Source: Actinomycetes bacterium (GTDB taxonomy: Bacteria; Actinomycetota; Acidimicrobiia; Acidimicrobiales; Ilumatobacteraceae). From it: 64,000 bases of DNA. Every line of letters begins with the position of its first letter. The stretch's first letter is position 1. Under the pieces are notes generated by a model. That model did not search any database. It was not told where the DNA came from and worked only from the letters and a program-made list of their open reading frames with translations. Both the position numbers and the translations under genes were made by a program. Positions 1-8,924 of this stretch are shown piece by piece. The stretch covers positions 656 to 64,655 of the forward strand of contig JANPKU010000021.1 in NCBI GenBank assembly GCA_031426215.1, written 5' to 3'.

Positions 1-746
1 GCGTGGCCGGAGCCGTGGTGATGAACCGAGCCGACGTCCGAGCGCTCGTTCCATACGTTCTGCTCGCCGCCTTCTGTTGGTTCGCCCTGCACGAATCAGG
101 TGTCCACGCCACACTCGCAGGTGTCGCGTTCGGCCTGGCCACGCCAAGTCACGCATTCTTCCGACCGGCGTACTTCGGTCGGCGCGCTCGAGATCTCGTC
201 TCGCAGGTCGAACAGGCCAAGTCCGACTCTCGTTCGAACGACGAGGAGGACGAAGTAGCTCTCGAAGCGGACGCTCTCAACGAACTGATCACGTTGTCGG
301 CCGAGAGCCAACCGCCGCTCGACCGGCTCGAGCACCGACTCCTGCCGTGGACGACGTTCGTCATCGTCCCGGTCTTCGCGCTCGCGAACGCCGGCGTACG
401 CGTCAGTGGCGACGACCTCGTGAACGCGTTCTCCGACTCGGTCACGCTCGGCGTGTTGTTCGGGCTTGTCGTCGGTAAGCCGCTCGGCATCTTCCTGTTC
501 GCTCTGGTCGCGGTGCGACTCGGGATCGCAAAGTTGCCGGCGGGCGCCTCGTGGACGCAGGTACTCGGTGTGGGCATGCTCGGCGGCGTGGGCTTCACGG
601 TCGCGCTGTTCGTGACCGAACTCGCCTTCGAGCCGGGAGCCCTCGCCGACCAGGCGAAGATCGGCATCCTCGCGGCGTCAGCGATCGCCGGCACGATCGG
701 CTACGTGTTCCTGCGACTCGTCGGCAACGACCCCAACGGCGACTGA
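1..746 (+). CDS. nhaA: Na+/H+ antiporter NhaA, C-terminal part (5' end outside window)
   Basis: ORF 3..746 is open from the window edge. Multi-TM sequence with NhaA-like segments VPVFALANAGV, GKPLGIFLF and GGVGFTVALFV. Confidence 0.8.
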   Translation, partial: VAGAVVMNRADVRALVPYVLLAAFCWFALHESGVHATLAGVAFGLATPSHAFFRPAYFGRRARDLVSQVEQAKSDSRSNDEEDEVALEADALNELITLSAESQPPLDRLEHRLLPWTTFVIVPVFALANAGVRVSGDDLVNAFSDSVTLGVLFGLVVGKPLGIFLFALVAVRLGIAKLPAGASWTQVLGVGMLGGVGFTVALFVTELAFEPGALADQAKIGILAASAIAGTIGYVFLRLVGNDPNGD

Positions 747-764
747 GCCCGCCTCGTCACACGC

Positions 765-813
765 CAGCGATGAGCGAGGCGCCCGGATAGCGGCGTTCGG
801 CTCATCGCTCGGA
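765..813. repeat. 49-nt hairpin-forming repeat, copy 1
   Basis: cagcgatgagcgaggcgcccggatagcggcgttcggctcatcgctcgga. Outer 10-bp stem AGCGATGAGC/GCTCATCGCT plus inner CGCC/GGCG. 45/49 identical to copy 2. Confidence 0.8.
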
Positions 814-825
814 CGCTCAATTGGT

Positions 826-874
826 CAGCGATGAGCGAAGCGCCCTGATAGCGGCGTCTGGCTCATCGCTCGGA
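826..874. repeat. 49-nt hairpin-forming repeat, copy 2
   Basis: cagcgatgagcgaagcgccctgatagcggcgtctggctcatcgctcgga. Direct repeat of 765..813 after a 12-nt spacer. Ends 3 nt before the FKBP stop codon. Confidence 0.8.
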
Positions 875-876
875 GA

Positions 877-1245
877 TCAGCCGACGGCGAGGAGGTCGAC
901 GACGAAGACGAGCGTCTCGTTCGGACCGATCACGCCACCGGCACCGGCTGCGCCGTAGCCCATCTCGGGCGGGATCGTGAGTCGCCGTCGACCGCCGACC
1001 TTCATGCCCTGCACACCGTCGTCCCAACCCTGGATGACCTGTCGGCGTCCGAGTCCGAACTGGAACGGCTCCATGCGATCCCATGACGCATCGAATTGCT
1101 CACCGGTCGACCACGACACACCGACATAGTGAACGGAGACGTTCTGACCTGCGACAGCTTCATCGCCATCGCCCACGGTCTCGTCCTCGATCAGCAGATT
1201 CGAGGGGGGCGTTCCTTCAGGAATGGTGACATCGGGCTTGCGCAT
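877..1245 (-). CDS. FKBP-type peptidyl-prolyl cis-trans isomerase
   Basis: Internal ATG (cat at 1243..1245) of ORF 877..1605 gives a 122-aa FKBP domain (VHYVG..FDASW..PFQFGLGRRQVIQGWDDGVQGMKVGGRRRLTIPPEMGYG). The upstream part of the ORF is R-rich junk overlapping the GH3 gene. Confidence 0.9.
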   Translation of the reverse strand: MRKPDVTIPEGTPPSNLLIEDETVGDGDEAVAGQNVSVHYVGVSWSTGEQFDASWDRMEPFQFGLGRRQVIQGWDDGVQGMKVGGRRRLTIPPEMGYGAAGAGGVIGPNETLVFVVDLLAVG

Positions 1246-1256
1246 GGGGGCCGAGG

Positions 1257-3404
1257 CTACCGCTGCACGATCACGGTGATCGCTTCGGGATCGCCTGCGT
1301 AGCGGCCGACGTCGAGCACGTACTCGCCCGGCTCGGTGATCCAGTCGCCGTCGACGCGTACGTCGAGCATCGACCAGTCGACCTCGATCTCCACCTGCAC
1401 GGTGGCTCCCGGCTCGACAGTTTGGCGGGCGAAGCACACCAGGCGCCGCGGCGGGCGTTCCCACTCGCTGTTCTGCACACCGGCATGCACGAACACCACC
1501 GCCGACAGCGGCCGCTCGGCCGGGTTGCGCAGCGAGACGACCAAGGTCGACGGATCGGACATCACTGCGGCGACAACCTCGACAGCCCCCCAACCGAGGC
1601 CCCAACCGAACGGGAAGTGAGCAGCGTGACCGTCATGGTCGAGCTTCCATTGGCCGTGGAAGAGACCGTAGGTGATCTCGGTGGCGTCGCGGTCGAAGTC
1701 GGGCAGATGGGCAGGATCGGTCGGCACCGTGAACGGAAGGCGACCCGTCGGCTCGACGTCGCCGGCGAGCACGTCCGCCAACGCCGACCCGCCCTCCACC
1801 CCCGGGTACCAGATCATCAGCACGGCGCGCACCGACGACGCCCACGGCATCAACACCGCAGACCCGCCCATCACCACCACGATCACGTTCTCGTTGACCT
1901 CCGCGGCCCCTGCGATCAGGGCTTCATCGGTGTCGCTCAGGCGGAGCGAGCGTCGGTCGCCACCCGGCGACATGAGATCCGGAGTTCCCTCGGCGGATGC
2001 CACCGGAGGCCGGATCGGATCCCGGTGCGCACTCCAGTCGGCGTCGCGGCCGAGCGACGGATGGTCCATCGGCGGGAAGATCGTCCGACCCAGTGCGTCG
2101 GCGCCTGCGGCCTCGATGCATTCGCCCTCGTCGGCCTTGGTGTACCCGACCACCACGACGACAGCGTCCGCGTCGGCGGCGATGGCGACGTCGTCGCCCG
2201 CATGCACGACATGGTCGGAACCGAATCGCAAACGCAGCCCCTCGAGCGGGGTCACGACTCGTGACGATCGGACATCGCTCGAACCGCCGTCACCGAGGTT
2301 GCGCACCGCCGCCAACCGCCCCAGCACGGCGATCCGATCGACCGACGACGCGTCGAGCGGTAACATCGCCCTCTCGTTGCGAAGCAGCACCGTGGACGCC
2401 CCGGCAACGCCTCGTGCGAGCGCGCGATGATCGTCACAGCCGATCACGTCCGGCGAAGGCTGCTGCTCGAACACCGCCGCGAAGCGCAGCAGCGTGGCCA
2501 CGATCCGTTCGACCGACCGATCGACGTCCGACTCCGCGAGTGCACCGGTTTCGATCGCTTCGGCGAGCGCCAGCGTACGCTGCTGACGGAACGGCATCTC
2601 GATGTCGAGGCCGGCAATGACCGACTTGGCGGCGTCTCGGAGACCGAAGATGAAGTCGGACGTGACGAAGCCGTCCCAACCCCATTCGTCTCGCAAGATG
2701 TCGGTCAGGAGATGCTGGTTCTGGCCGCACCACTCGCCGTTCACCGAGTTGTAGGCGCTCATCACCGAGGCCACACCTTCAGCAGCCACTCGCTCGAAGT
2801 GCGGCAGGTACACCTCGTGGAGCGCTCGCTCGTCGACCGTGACGTCGACGGTGAAGCGGGCGTTCTCCATCGAGTTCAGCGCAAAGTGCTTCATGCATGC
2901 CATCACGTGGCGCTGCAGACCCCGAGTGAGCGCCGACGCCATCACACCGACGTGATGCGGGTCCTCACCGTAGGTCTCCTGCGCGCGTCCCCACGCCGGA
3001 TGGCGCAGCAGGTTCATGCACACCGCACCCGTGTACGTGGCGCCGCTGGCGCGAAGTTCGGCGCCGATCGCGGCACCGACGCGCTCCTCCAGGTCGGCGT
3101 CGAACGTCGCACCACGAGCCATGCTCACCGGGAACGCCGTGGCATCACCGATCACACACCCCCGCGGCCCGTCAGCGAAGTCGATCCCGGGGATTCCGAG
3201 ACGTTCGACGTGCGCAGCCGGCCACGCATGGCGGTAGTAGCCGCCCGCAGTCATGTCGAACAGTCCCGGCCAGAACGGTGTGTCGCCGTCGAGGCAGCCA
3301 AGGCGTTCGTCGAGGGTCATCTGCGCGACGAGCTGGGCCGCTTCGACATGATGGTCGCTCCCTGCGCTGACCCGGGCAGCGGCCTGTGCAAACGGTGTGC
3401 TCAT
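1257..3404 (-). CDS. Glycoside hydrolase family 3 beta-glucosidase
   Basis: ORF 1257..3863. Start set at ATG 3404 (MSTPFAQ) because the longer form overlaps the divergent aminotransferase. GH3 motifs GEDPHHVG, KHFALNS and GFVTSDF. Confidence 0.9.
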   Translation of the reverse strand: MSTPFAQAAARVSAGSDHHVEAAQLVAQMTLDERLGCLDGDTPFWPGLFDMTAGGYYRHAWPAAHVERLGIPGIDFADGPRGCVIGDATAFPVSMARGATFDADLEERVGAAIGAELRASGATYTGAVCMNLLRHPAWGRAQETYGEDPHHVGVMASALTRGLQRHVMACMKHFALNSMENARFTVDVTVDERALHEVYLPHFERVAAEGVASVMSAYNSVNGEWCGQNQHLLTDILRDEWGWDGFVTSDFIFGLRDAAKSVIAGLDIEMPFRQQRTLALAEAIETGALAESDVDRSVERIVATLLRFAAVFEQQPSPDVIGCDDHRALARGVAGASTVLLRNERAMLPLDASSVDRIAVLGRLAAVRNLGDGGSSDVRSSRVVTPLEGLRLRFGSDHVVHAGDDVAIAADADAVVVVVGYTKADEGECIEAAGADALGRTIFPPMDHPSLGRDADWSAHRDPIRPPVASAEGTPDLMSPGGDRRSLRLSDTDEALIAGAAEVNENVIVVVMGGSAVLMPWASSVRAVLMIWYPGVEGGSALADVLAGDVEPTGRLPFTVPTDPAHLPDFDRDATEITYGLFHGQWKLDHDGHAAHFPFGWGLGWGAVEVVAAVMSDPSTLVVSLRNPAERPLSAVVFVHAGVQNSEWERPPRRLVCFARQTVEPGATVQVEIEVDWSMLDVRVDGDWITEPGEYVLDVGRYAGDPEAITVIVQR

Positions 3405-3465
3405 CACCTGACTTTGCCACAGTGATCGAATGCGCACGGGCGCTGGCATCATTGACTGACAGAAT

Positions 3466-4689
3466 GTGACCATGCCCGGCGCATTCCTCCACCCATTCGC
3501 AAAGCCGACACGCGAACAGTTCACCACCATCGCACGGGGTGAGGGCTCGCTGCTCTGGGACGCCGACGGCAAGGAGTACGTCGACGCGATGGCGAGCCTC
3601 TGGTACTGCCAGGTGGGCCACGGTCGTGGCGAGATCGCCGACGCAGTTGCTGCACAGATCTCCACGCTCGAGGCGTACTCGTGCTTCGATCCGTTCACCA
3701 ATGCGCCAGCCGACGCCCTCGCCGAACGGATCGTGGCGCTGACGCCGATGCCCGATGCTCGGGTGTTCTTCGCCGGATCAGGCTCCGAGGCGGTCGACTC
3801 CGCGATGAAACTCGCCCGACTCACGCACGTGCAGGCAGGGCACCCCGAGCGCCGGTTGATCATCTCGCGGGTGCGGGGCTATCACGGCACCAACTACGGC
3901 GGTACGAGCGCGCAGGGCATCGTCCTGAATCGCGAGGGATACGGCGAGCTGCTGGCCGACGTCGTGCAGGTGCCGAGCGATGACATCGAGGCGCTGTCGG
4001 TGTTGATGGCCGAGCACAGCGATCGGCTCGCCGCGGTGATCACCGAACCGGTGCAGGGTGCAGCCGGCGTCTACCCACCGGTCGACGGGTACCTCGCCGA
4101 GACGCGGCGCTTGTGCGACCAGCACGGCGCGTTGCTGATCTTCGACGAGGTGATCACCGGGTTCGGACGGATGGGCACGTGGTTCGGCGCAGACCGATAC
4201 GGCGTCACACCCGATCTGACCACGTTCGCCAAGGGCGTGACGTCTGGGTATCAACCCCTCGGTGGCGTGATCGTCGGCAGGCAAACGCGTGAGGCGCTCG
4301 AAGCAGATCCCGACTTCATCCTGCGTCACGGGTACACCTACTCCGGCCACCCGGCGGCATGCGCCGCAGCCCTCACGAACATCGACATCATCGAACGCGA
4401 GGGCTTGCTCGAGGGCGTGGTGAAGATGGGTGCCCGCCTCGAATCGGGGCTGCGCTCACTCGAGACCGACGGTGCGTTCGCTCACCTGCGTGGCGAAGTT
4501 GCGATCTTCGGCGCAGCAATGCGCCCCGACCAGAACGCCATGGTGATGCGCGACCGGATGTTGGAACTCGGTGTGGTCACCCGAGCGATCGGGACCGACA
4601 CCGTCACGTTCTGCCCGCCGTTCGTCACCACCGACGAACAGGTCGACCGCATCATCGATGCGCTCGCCACCGCACTGTCGGAGCAATGA
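3466..4689 (+). CDS. Class-III (omega) pyridoxal-phosphate aminotransferase
   Basis: 407-aa ORF with class-III motifs (LWDADGKEYVD, GSGSEAVDSAMK, LIFDEVITGFGRMG, TFAKGVTSGY with the PLP-binding Lys). Confidence 0.9.
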   Translation: MTMPGAFLHPFAKPTREQFTTIARGEGSLLWDADGKEYVDAMASLWYCQVGHGRGEIADAVAAQISTLEAYSCFDPFTNAPADALAERIVALTPMPDARVFFAGSGSEAVDSAMKLARLTHVQAGHPERRLIISRVRGYHGTNYGGTSAQGIVLNREGYGELLADVVQVPSDDIEALSVLMAEHSDRLAAVITEPVQGAAGVYPPVDGYLAETRRLCDQHGALLIFDEVITGFGRMGTWFGADRYGVTPDLTTFAKGVTSGYQPLGGVIVGRQTREALEADPDFILRHGYTYSGHPAACAAALTNIDIIEREGLLEGVVKMGARLESGLRSLETDGAFAHLRGEVAIFGAAMRPDQNAMVMRDRMLELGVVTRAIGTDTVTFCPPFVTTDEQVDRIIDALATALSEQ

Positions 4690-4704
4690 TCGAACATCAC
4701 CTCG

Positions 4705-5571
4705 TCAGCTGAGCAGGCGGATGAGGCTGCTGGTGTCCCACCTGTCGCCGCCTCTCGCGACGACGTCTTTGTAGAACTGGTCCACCAGCGCGGTGACCGG
4801 GAGTCGAGCTCCGTTTCGATCGGCTTCGTCGAGCACGATGCCGAGATCCTTGCGCATCCACTCGACCGCGAAGCCGAACTCGAACTGGCCGGCGGCCATC
4901 GTTCGCGCACGGTTGTCCATCTGCCAGCTCTGGGCTGCGCCCTTGCCGATCACGTCAACGACCTGCTCGACGTCGAGCCCCGCCAACTTGGCGAAGTTGA
5001 CGCCCTCGGCAAGTGCTTGCAGCAGCCCGGCAATACAGATCTGGTTGACCATCTTGGTGAGCTGCCCCGCGCCCGCCGGCCCGAGGAGCACACACGATTT
5101 TGCGTAGGCGTCGATCGCTGCCTGTGCCCGTTCGAACACATCCGTATCGTCAGATCCGCACATCACCGTGAGCTGGCCGTTCTCGGCACCCGCCTGGCCG
5201 CCTGACACCGGTGCGTCGACGAATCCGACGCCGCGCTCGACGCAGGCGGCAGACAATTCACGAGCCAGACCTGCCGACGACGTGGTGTGATCGATCAGAA
5301 TCGACCCGGCGGCCATCGCAGCGAGCGCGCCATTCGGACCGAGCACGACTTCGCGGACATCGTCGTCGTTCCCGACGCACAGTGCCACGATGTCAACGCC
5401 ATCGGCTGCCTCGGCCGGTGTCGGCGCCGCCTCATTACCGTTGAGCGCCACCCAGGCCAATGACTTGGCTGCCGTGCGGTTGTAGACCACGACGTGGTGG
5501 CCGGCCTGTGCGAGGTGTCGTGCCATGGGCGCTCCCATGACACCGAGACCGAGAAATGCGACGTTGCTCAT
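4705..5571 (-). CDS. NAD(P)-dependent 3-hydroxyisobutyrate dehydrogenase-family oxidoreductase
   Basis: Rossmann motif FLGLGVMGAPMARHL directly after ATG 5571 (MSNVAFLG). The alternative start at 5604 adds 11 aa. Confidence 0.85.
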   Translation of the reverse strand: MSNVAFLGLGVMGAPMARHLAQAGHHVVVYNRTAAKSLAWVALNGNEAAPTPAEAADGVDIVALCVGNDDDVREVVLGPNGALAAMAAGSILIDHTTSSAGLARELSAACVERGVGFVDAPVSGGQAGAENGQLTVMCGSDDTDVFERAQAAIDAYAKSCVLLGPAGAGQLTKMVNQICIAGLLQALAEGVNFAKLAGLDVEQVVDVIGKGAAQSWQMDNRARTMAAGQFEFGFAVEWMRKDLGIVLDEADRNGARLPVTALVDQFYKDVVARGGDRWDTSSLIRLLS

Positions 5572-5612
5572 GATCGCCGAGTCTGCCACGACGACATGCG
5601 ACACTCGGCGAC

Positions 5613-6341
5613 ATGTCCGCTGAACAACCCGATGGGCCGCCTGGCTCAGCCGCCGGCTGGACGGTGCTCACCTGGAACGTGCACGGATCAGCCCGTCCGG
5701 AGGTCGACTCGCAGGCAGCCGCGATCCTTGGCGAGACCCCCGATGTGGTCGCGCTGCAAGAGATCCGCAAGCGACAGGCTGCGGCGCTGGCCACGTCGAT
5801 GCAGATGCGGTACTCGTGGGTGGTCAAGCACTATCCGTACACGAGACTGATGCCCTGGCGAGCGGAGGGGATGGCGATCATGACCCCGCATCTGCTCGAT
5901 GCCGTCGGACACACCGAGGTGTCAGAGAAGCAGCCGATGCGAAGCTGGCGTCGTCGGATCACCCAGTGGGGTCTGGTGGGCCGGGCCGACCGATCGATGC
6001 TGATGATCTACAACCTGCATCTCTCGCCCCGCGACCCTGCCGTTCGCCTCGTCGAGGCGGCCCGCGTGAGCGAACTGGTGGCCGCCATCGGAGACGATCC
6101 GCCTGCGATCGTTGCCGGCGACTTCAACGACGCGGGCGACCCGTCGATCATCGAAATGTTGCCGGGGTTCGAGCATGAGGTGCCCTCGATGAGCAACCCG
6201 TCCGACGCGCCGACCCAGCTCCTCGACCACGTGTTGCTCCCGGCCGGAGCGCACGATGTGACGGTGTCGGTTCCTTCGGGCGGAGCGAGTTGGGCAGCGA
6301 TCAGCGATCACCTTCCGGTGACGGTCCGCTTCACCCTCTGA
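5613..6341 (+). CDS. Endonuclease/exonuclease/phosphatase (EEP) family protein
   Basis: 242-aa ORF with EEP motifs: LTWNVHG, VVALQEI, AGDFN and C-terminal SDHLPV. Confidence 0.8.
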   Translation: MSAEQPDGPPGSAAGWTVLTWNVHGSARPEVDSQAAAILGETPDVVALQEIRKRQAAALATSMQMRYSWVVKHYPYTRLMPWRAEGMAIMTPHLLDAVGHTEVSEKQPMRSWRRRITQWGLVGRADRSMLMIYNLHLSPRDPAVRLVEAARVSELVAAIGDDPPAIVAGDFNDAGDPSIIEMLPGFEHEVPSMSNPSDAPTQLLDHVLLPAGAHDVTVSVPSGGASWAAISDHLPVTVRFTL

Positions 6342-6342
6342 G

Positions 6343-6867
6343 TCACTTCTTCTTCTTGGCCTCTGCGGCGGGTGCCTTGAGCACGCCCTTGGCGAGCGCA
6401 TCGTCGAGGTAGGCCTCGGCGTCTTCGGCCGACACCTTGAGCGCCGGTGAGATCTCGGAGATCAGGTTCACGCGGGCCCGTTCATACATCGTGCGCTCGG
6501 CAGCCGACAGCGACGCGTCGCGGTTGCGAGCGGCCAGGTTCCGGACCACCTCGGCGACCTGATACACGTCGCCGCTCTTGAGCTTTTCCTGGTGGTTCTT
6601 GAAGCGACGGCTCCAGTTGGACGGCACGCGAGGGTCGGGCTTGGCGAGCACGGCCACCAGGTCTTCGAGTTCGTCGGCCGACACCGGCGGACGTACCCCG
6701 ACCTCGTCGGTGCTCGAGATCGGCACCTTGAGCGTCATCTCGTTGATGACCGTCTTCAAGATCAGGTACTCCTGCTTCTCGCCGAAGAACTCCATCTTCT
6801 TGGTCCCTTGCACCACGCACGCGCCGTGCTGGGGATAGATGACGGTTTCGCCCTTCTTGAACTTCAC
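6343..6867 (-). CDS. carD: CarD-family RNA polymerase-binding transcription regulator
   Basis: GTG start at 6867 gives 174 aa beginning (V)KFKKGETVIYPQHGACVVQG, the typical CarD N-terminus. The longer ORF 6343..7671 runs through tRNA sequence and is rejected. Confidence 0.9.
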   Translation of the reverse strand: MKFKKGETVIYPQHGACVVQGTKKMEFFGEKQEYLILKTVINEMTLKVPISSTDEVGVRPPVSADELEDLVAVLAKPDPRVPSNWSRRFKNHQEKLKSGDVYQVAEVVRNLAARNRDASLSAAERTMYERARVNLISEISPALKVSAEDAEAYLDDALAKGVLKAPAAEAKKKK

Positions 6868-6938
6868 GCAGAACCTCGTCTGATCGGGGGTGGTACGGCA
6901 TCGAATCACGGTCGACGCAGCGGCGGTCCAGGATACAG

Positions 6939-6998
6939 CGCTCCCGGCAGGATTCGAACCTGCGACCTTGTCATGAGAAGAGACTTCTCGACGTCCCG
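6939..6998 (-). pseudogene. 5'-truncated tRNA-Arg-like fragment (D-loop to 3' acceptor strand)
   Basis: Minus strand reads GGGACGTCGAGAAGTCTCTTCTCATGACAAGGTCGCAGGTTCGAATCCTGCCGGGAGCG. It aligns to the intact tRNA from the D-loop onward and has an identical T-arm. No 5' acceptor strand is present, so no cloverleaf is possible. Confidence 0.6.
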
Positions 6999-6999
6999 T

Positions 7000-7076
7000 T
7001 GGCGCCCCCGGCAGGATTCGAACCTGCGACCTTGTCATTAGAAGGGACTTGCTCTGTCCAGCTGAGCTACAGGGGC
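7000..7076 (-). tRNA. tRNA-Arg (anticodon UCU), CCA encoded
   Basis: Manual 77-nt cloverleaf: GCCCCTG TA GCTC AGCTGGACA GAGC A AGTCC CTTCTAA TGACA AGGTC GCAGG TTCGAAT CCTGC CGGGGGC G CCA. Acceptor, D and T stems pair well. The anticodon stem has only 3 central Watson-Crick pairs. Confidence 0.75.
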
Positions 7077-7088
7077 CTGCGCACGACG

Positions 7089-8342
7089 CTACCCGAGGGC
7101 AAGCTGCGAGCGCAGGAAACCCAGAGAGGAGATCACTGCGAACTGGCGCATCTGTTCGCGTTGGCCGGGCAGACGAACGTGGCGCACTTCGTCGAACCCG
7201 GGGCCGACCATGCCGACGTAGAGGGTGCCGACCGGCTGGCCGTCCTGTTCGTCGGGGCCGGCGACACCGGTGAGTGACAGCCCGATGTCGGCGCCCAGCC
7301 GCTCTCGGACGCCGTGGGCCATCTGGCGGGCTGCGGCTTCGCTGACCACCGGCCCCTCCCCCACACCGAGCAGTTGCTGCTTGACGTCGGTGGCATAGCT
7401 CACGATCGCCCCACGGAACACCATGCTGGCCCCCGGAATCGCCGTCAAGCGAGCACCCACGAGACCGCCGGTGACGGACTCGGCGGTGGCCATCGTCAGA
7501 CCCCGCTCGCGGCAGGCGTCGAGCACGACGGACTCCATCGTGTCGTCGTCCGTGCCGAAGACGAGATCGCCCAGCTCGGCTCGGACCACCTGCTCCCAGT
7601 GGTCGAGCTGTTCGTCGCACTCGGCGCCGCTCGGCGTCTTCGAGGTGAGACGAACCTTCAGCCCTTCCCACCCGCTGGCGAGGAACGCCAGTGTCGGCGT
7701 GTCCGGTCCGTCGAGCTGCTCGATCACGTCGTCGAGTCGTTCGTTGAGGCCGCTCTCGCTCTCACCCCACGTGCGCAGCACGCGGCTCCGGATCACCGAG
7801 TCCTCTCCGCTGCGTCGGCGCAAGTCGGGCAGGATCGAACGCTGCATCATGTCGTACATCTCGTGCGGCACGCCCGGCACGGCGTACACCACCTTGCCGA
7901 CACCGCCGACGGTGACCGGGCAGATGAGGCCCGGGGCGGTGCCCCGGGTCTGCGGGATGATCGCCGCACCGACGGGCACCATTGCCTGGCGGAGGTTGTT
8001 CTCCGCCATTCGCCGACCTCGGGCTTCGAACATCTTGCGGATCACGTCGGCCACGGCGTCATCGAGCACCAGGTCGACACCCATCACTGCGGCGATCGCG
8101 TCACGGGTGAGGTCGTCATGGGTCGGACCCAGTCCTCCGCACATGATGACGGCGTCGGCCTGCTCGAGCAGACGCCGAAGCTGCGCCTCGATCCGACCGA
8201 CGTTGTCGCCGACCTTGACCTGCACGAGAGAATCGATGCCGTTGGCAGCGAGTTCACCGCCCATCCACGCCGAGTTGGAATCGATGATCTGGCCGAGCAA
8301 CAGCTCGGTACCGACGGCGAGAACGTCGCAGCGCAGCGCCAC
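7089..8342 (-). CDS. cinA: CinA-family competence/damage-inducible protein (MoCF + nicotinamide-nucleotide amidase domains)
   Basis: 417-aa ORF, GTG start. N-terminus (M)ALRCDVLAVGTELLLGQIIDSNSAWM is typical of CinA. C-terminal PncC-like region (ESVTGG, GVAGP). Confidence 0.9.
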   Translation of the reverse strand: MALRCDVLAVGTELLLGQIIDSNSAWMGGELAANGIDSLVQVKVGDNVGRIEAQLRRLLEQADAVIMCGGLGPTHDDLTRDAIAAVMGVDLVLDDAVADVIRKMFEARGRRMAENNLRQAMVPVGAAIIPQTRGTAPGLICPVTVGGVGKVVYAVPGVPHEMYDMMQRSILPDLRRRSGEDSVIRSRVLRTWGESESGLNERLDDVIEQLDGPDTPTLAFLASGWEGLKVRLTSKTPSGAECDEQLDHWEQVVRAELGDLVFGTDDDTMESVVLDACRERGLTMATAESVTGGLVGARLTAIPGASMVFRGAIVSYATDVKQQLLGVGEGPVVSEAAARQMAHGVRERLGADIGLSLTGVAGPDEQDGQPVGTLYVGMVGPGFDEVRHVRLPGQREQMRQFAVISSLGFLRSQLALG

Positions 8343-8924
8343 TCAACCCACCTGGTCGAGGCTCATGGGCACCGATGGGGCGGCACCCGCCTGGCGGGCA
8401 CGCCACAGGTACTGGCCGCCGCTGATCAGCGTCAACACGACAGCGATCCACAAGAGCGAGTTCCACAGCCAGGTCGCATCGAGCGCAGTCGGGGGGAAGA
8501 GCGCGAACGCCACGGCGAACTGCTGGGTGATGGTCTTGTACTTCGCCAGTTTCGATGCCGGCACGCTGATGCCCTTGCCACCGACGAGCACCCGGTACAC
8601 GCTGATGGTGAACTCGCGAGCAGCGATGATGATCACTGGCAACACCCAGAACACACCGGTGCTCACCAAGGTGAACATCGCGCCCAGCACGAGCACCTTG
8701 TCGGCCAACGGATCGAGGAATGCCCCAGCTGATGTGGTGCCGTGGCGGCGTGCCATGTAGCCGTCGATTCCGTCGCTCGCGCAGAGCAAGAACCACAACC
8801 CGACCGCAATCCATGCGCCCTGGTCATCGTTCGGGATCGCCCAGAACATCAGCGGCGACAGTAGGAGCCGCCCGACGGTGATGGCGTTGGCCCAGGTGGC
8901 GAGCTTGTCGGGCGGGACGGTCAC
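8343..8924 (-). CDS. pgsA: CDP-diacylglycerol--glycerol-3-phosphate 3-phosphatidyltransferase
   Basis: GTG at 8924 overlaps the rimO stop (GTGA) and gives 193 aa. CDP-alcohol phosphatidyltransferase motif DGIDGYMARRHGTTSAGAFLDPLADK. Confidence 0.9.
   Translation of the reverse strand: MTVPPDKLATWANAITVGRLLLSPLMFWAIPNDDQGAWIAVGLWFLLCASDGIDGYMARRHGTTSAGAFLDPLADKVLVLGAMFTLVSTGVFWVLPVIIIAAREFTISVYRVLVGGKGISVPASKLAKYKTITQQFAVAFALFPPTALDATWLWNSLLWIAVVLTLISGGQYLWRARQAGAAPSVPMSLDQVG

Noticed and set aside
765-874. Hammerhead ribozyme or riboswitch in the tandem hairpins (GAUGAG on both strands)
   Set aside because: The CUGA box and the GAAA core element are absent, and there is no three-stem junction. 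The location between two 3' ends argues against a riboswitch.
1246-1605. Upstream extensions of the FKBP ORF (to 1605) and the GH3 ORF (3405..3863)
   Set aside because: The extensions overlap the neighbouring genes and are R-rich or S/A-rich junk. Internal ATGs give full-length domains.
7000-7076. Alternative fold of the tRNA with anticodon CUA (amber suppressor)
   Set aside because: Shifting the anticodon loop by one or two nucleotides destroys all anticodon-stem pairing and the 5-nt variable loop. The UCU reading keeps the canonical 7-nt loop CTTCTAA and matches the argU-type T-arm.
6868-7671. N-terminal 268 aa of the 442-aa ORF 6343..7671 (minus), which would make a giant CarD
   Set aside because: That part translates straight through the tRNA-Arg gene, its truncated copy and the antisense of cinA. 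It is R/G/P-rich with no motif. A GTG at 6867 gives a normal-length CarD.
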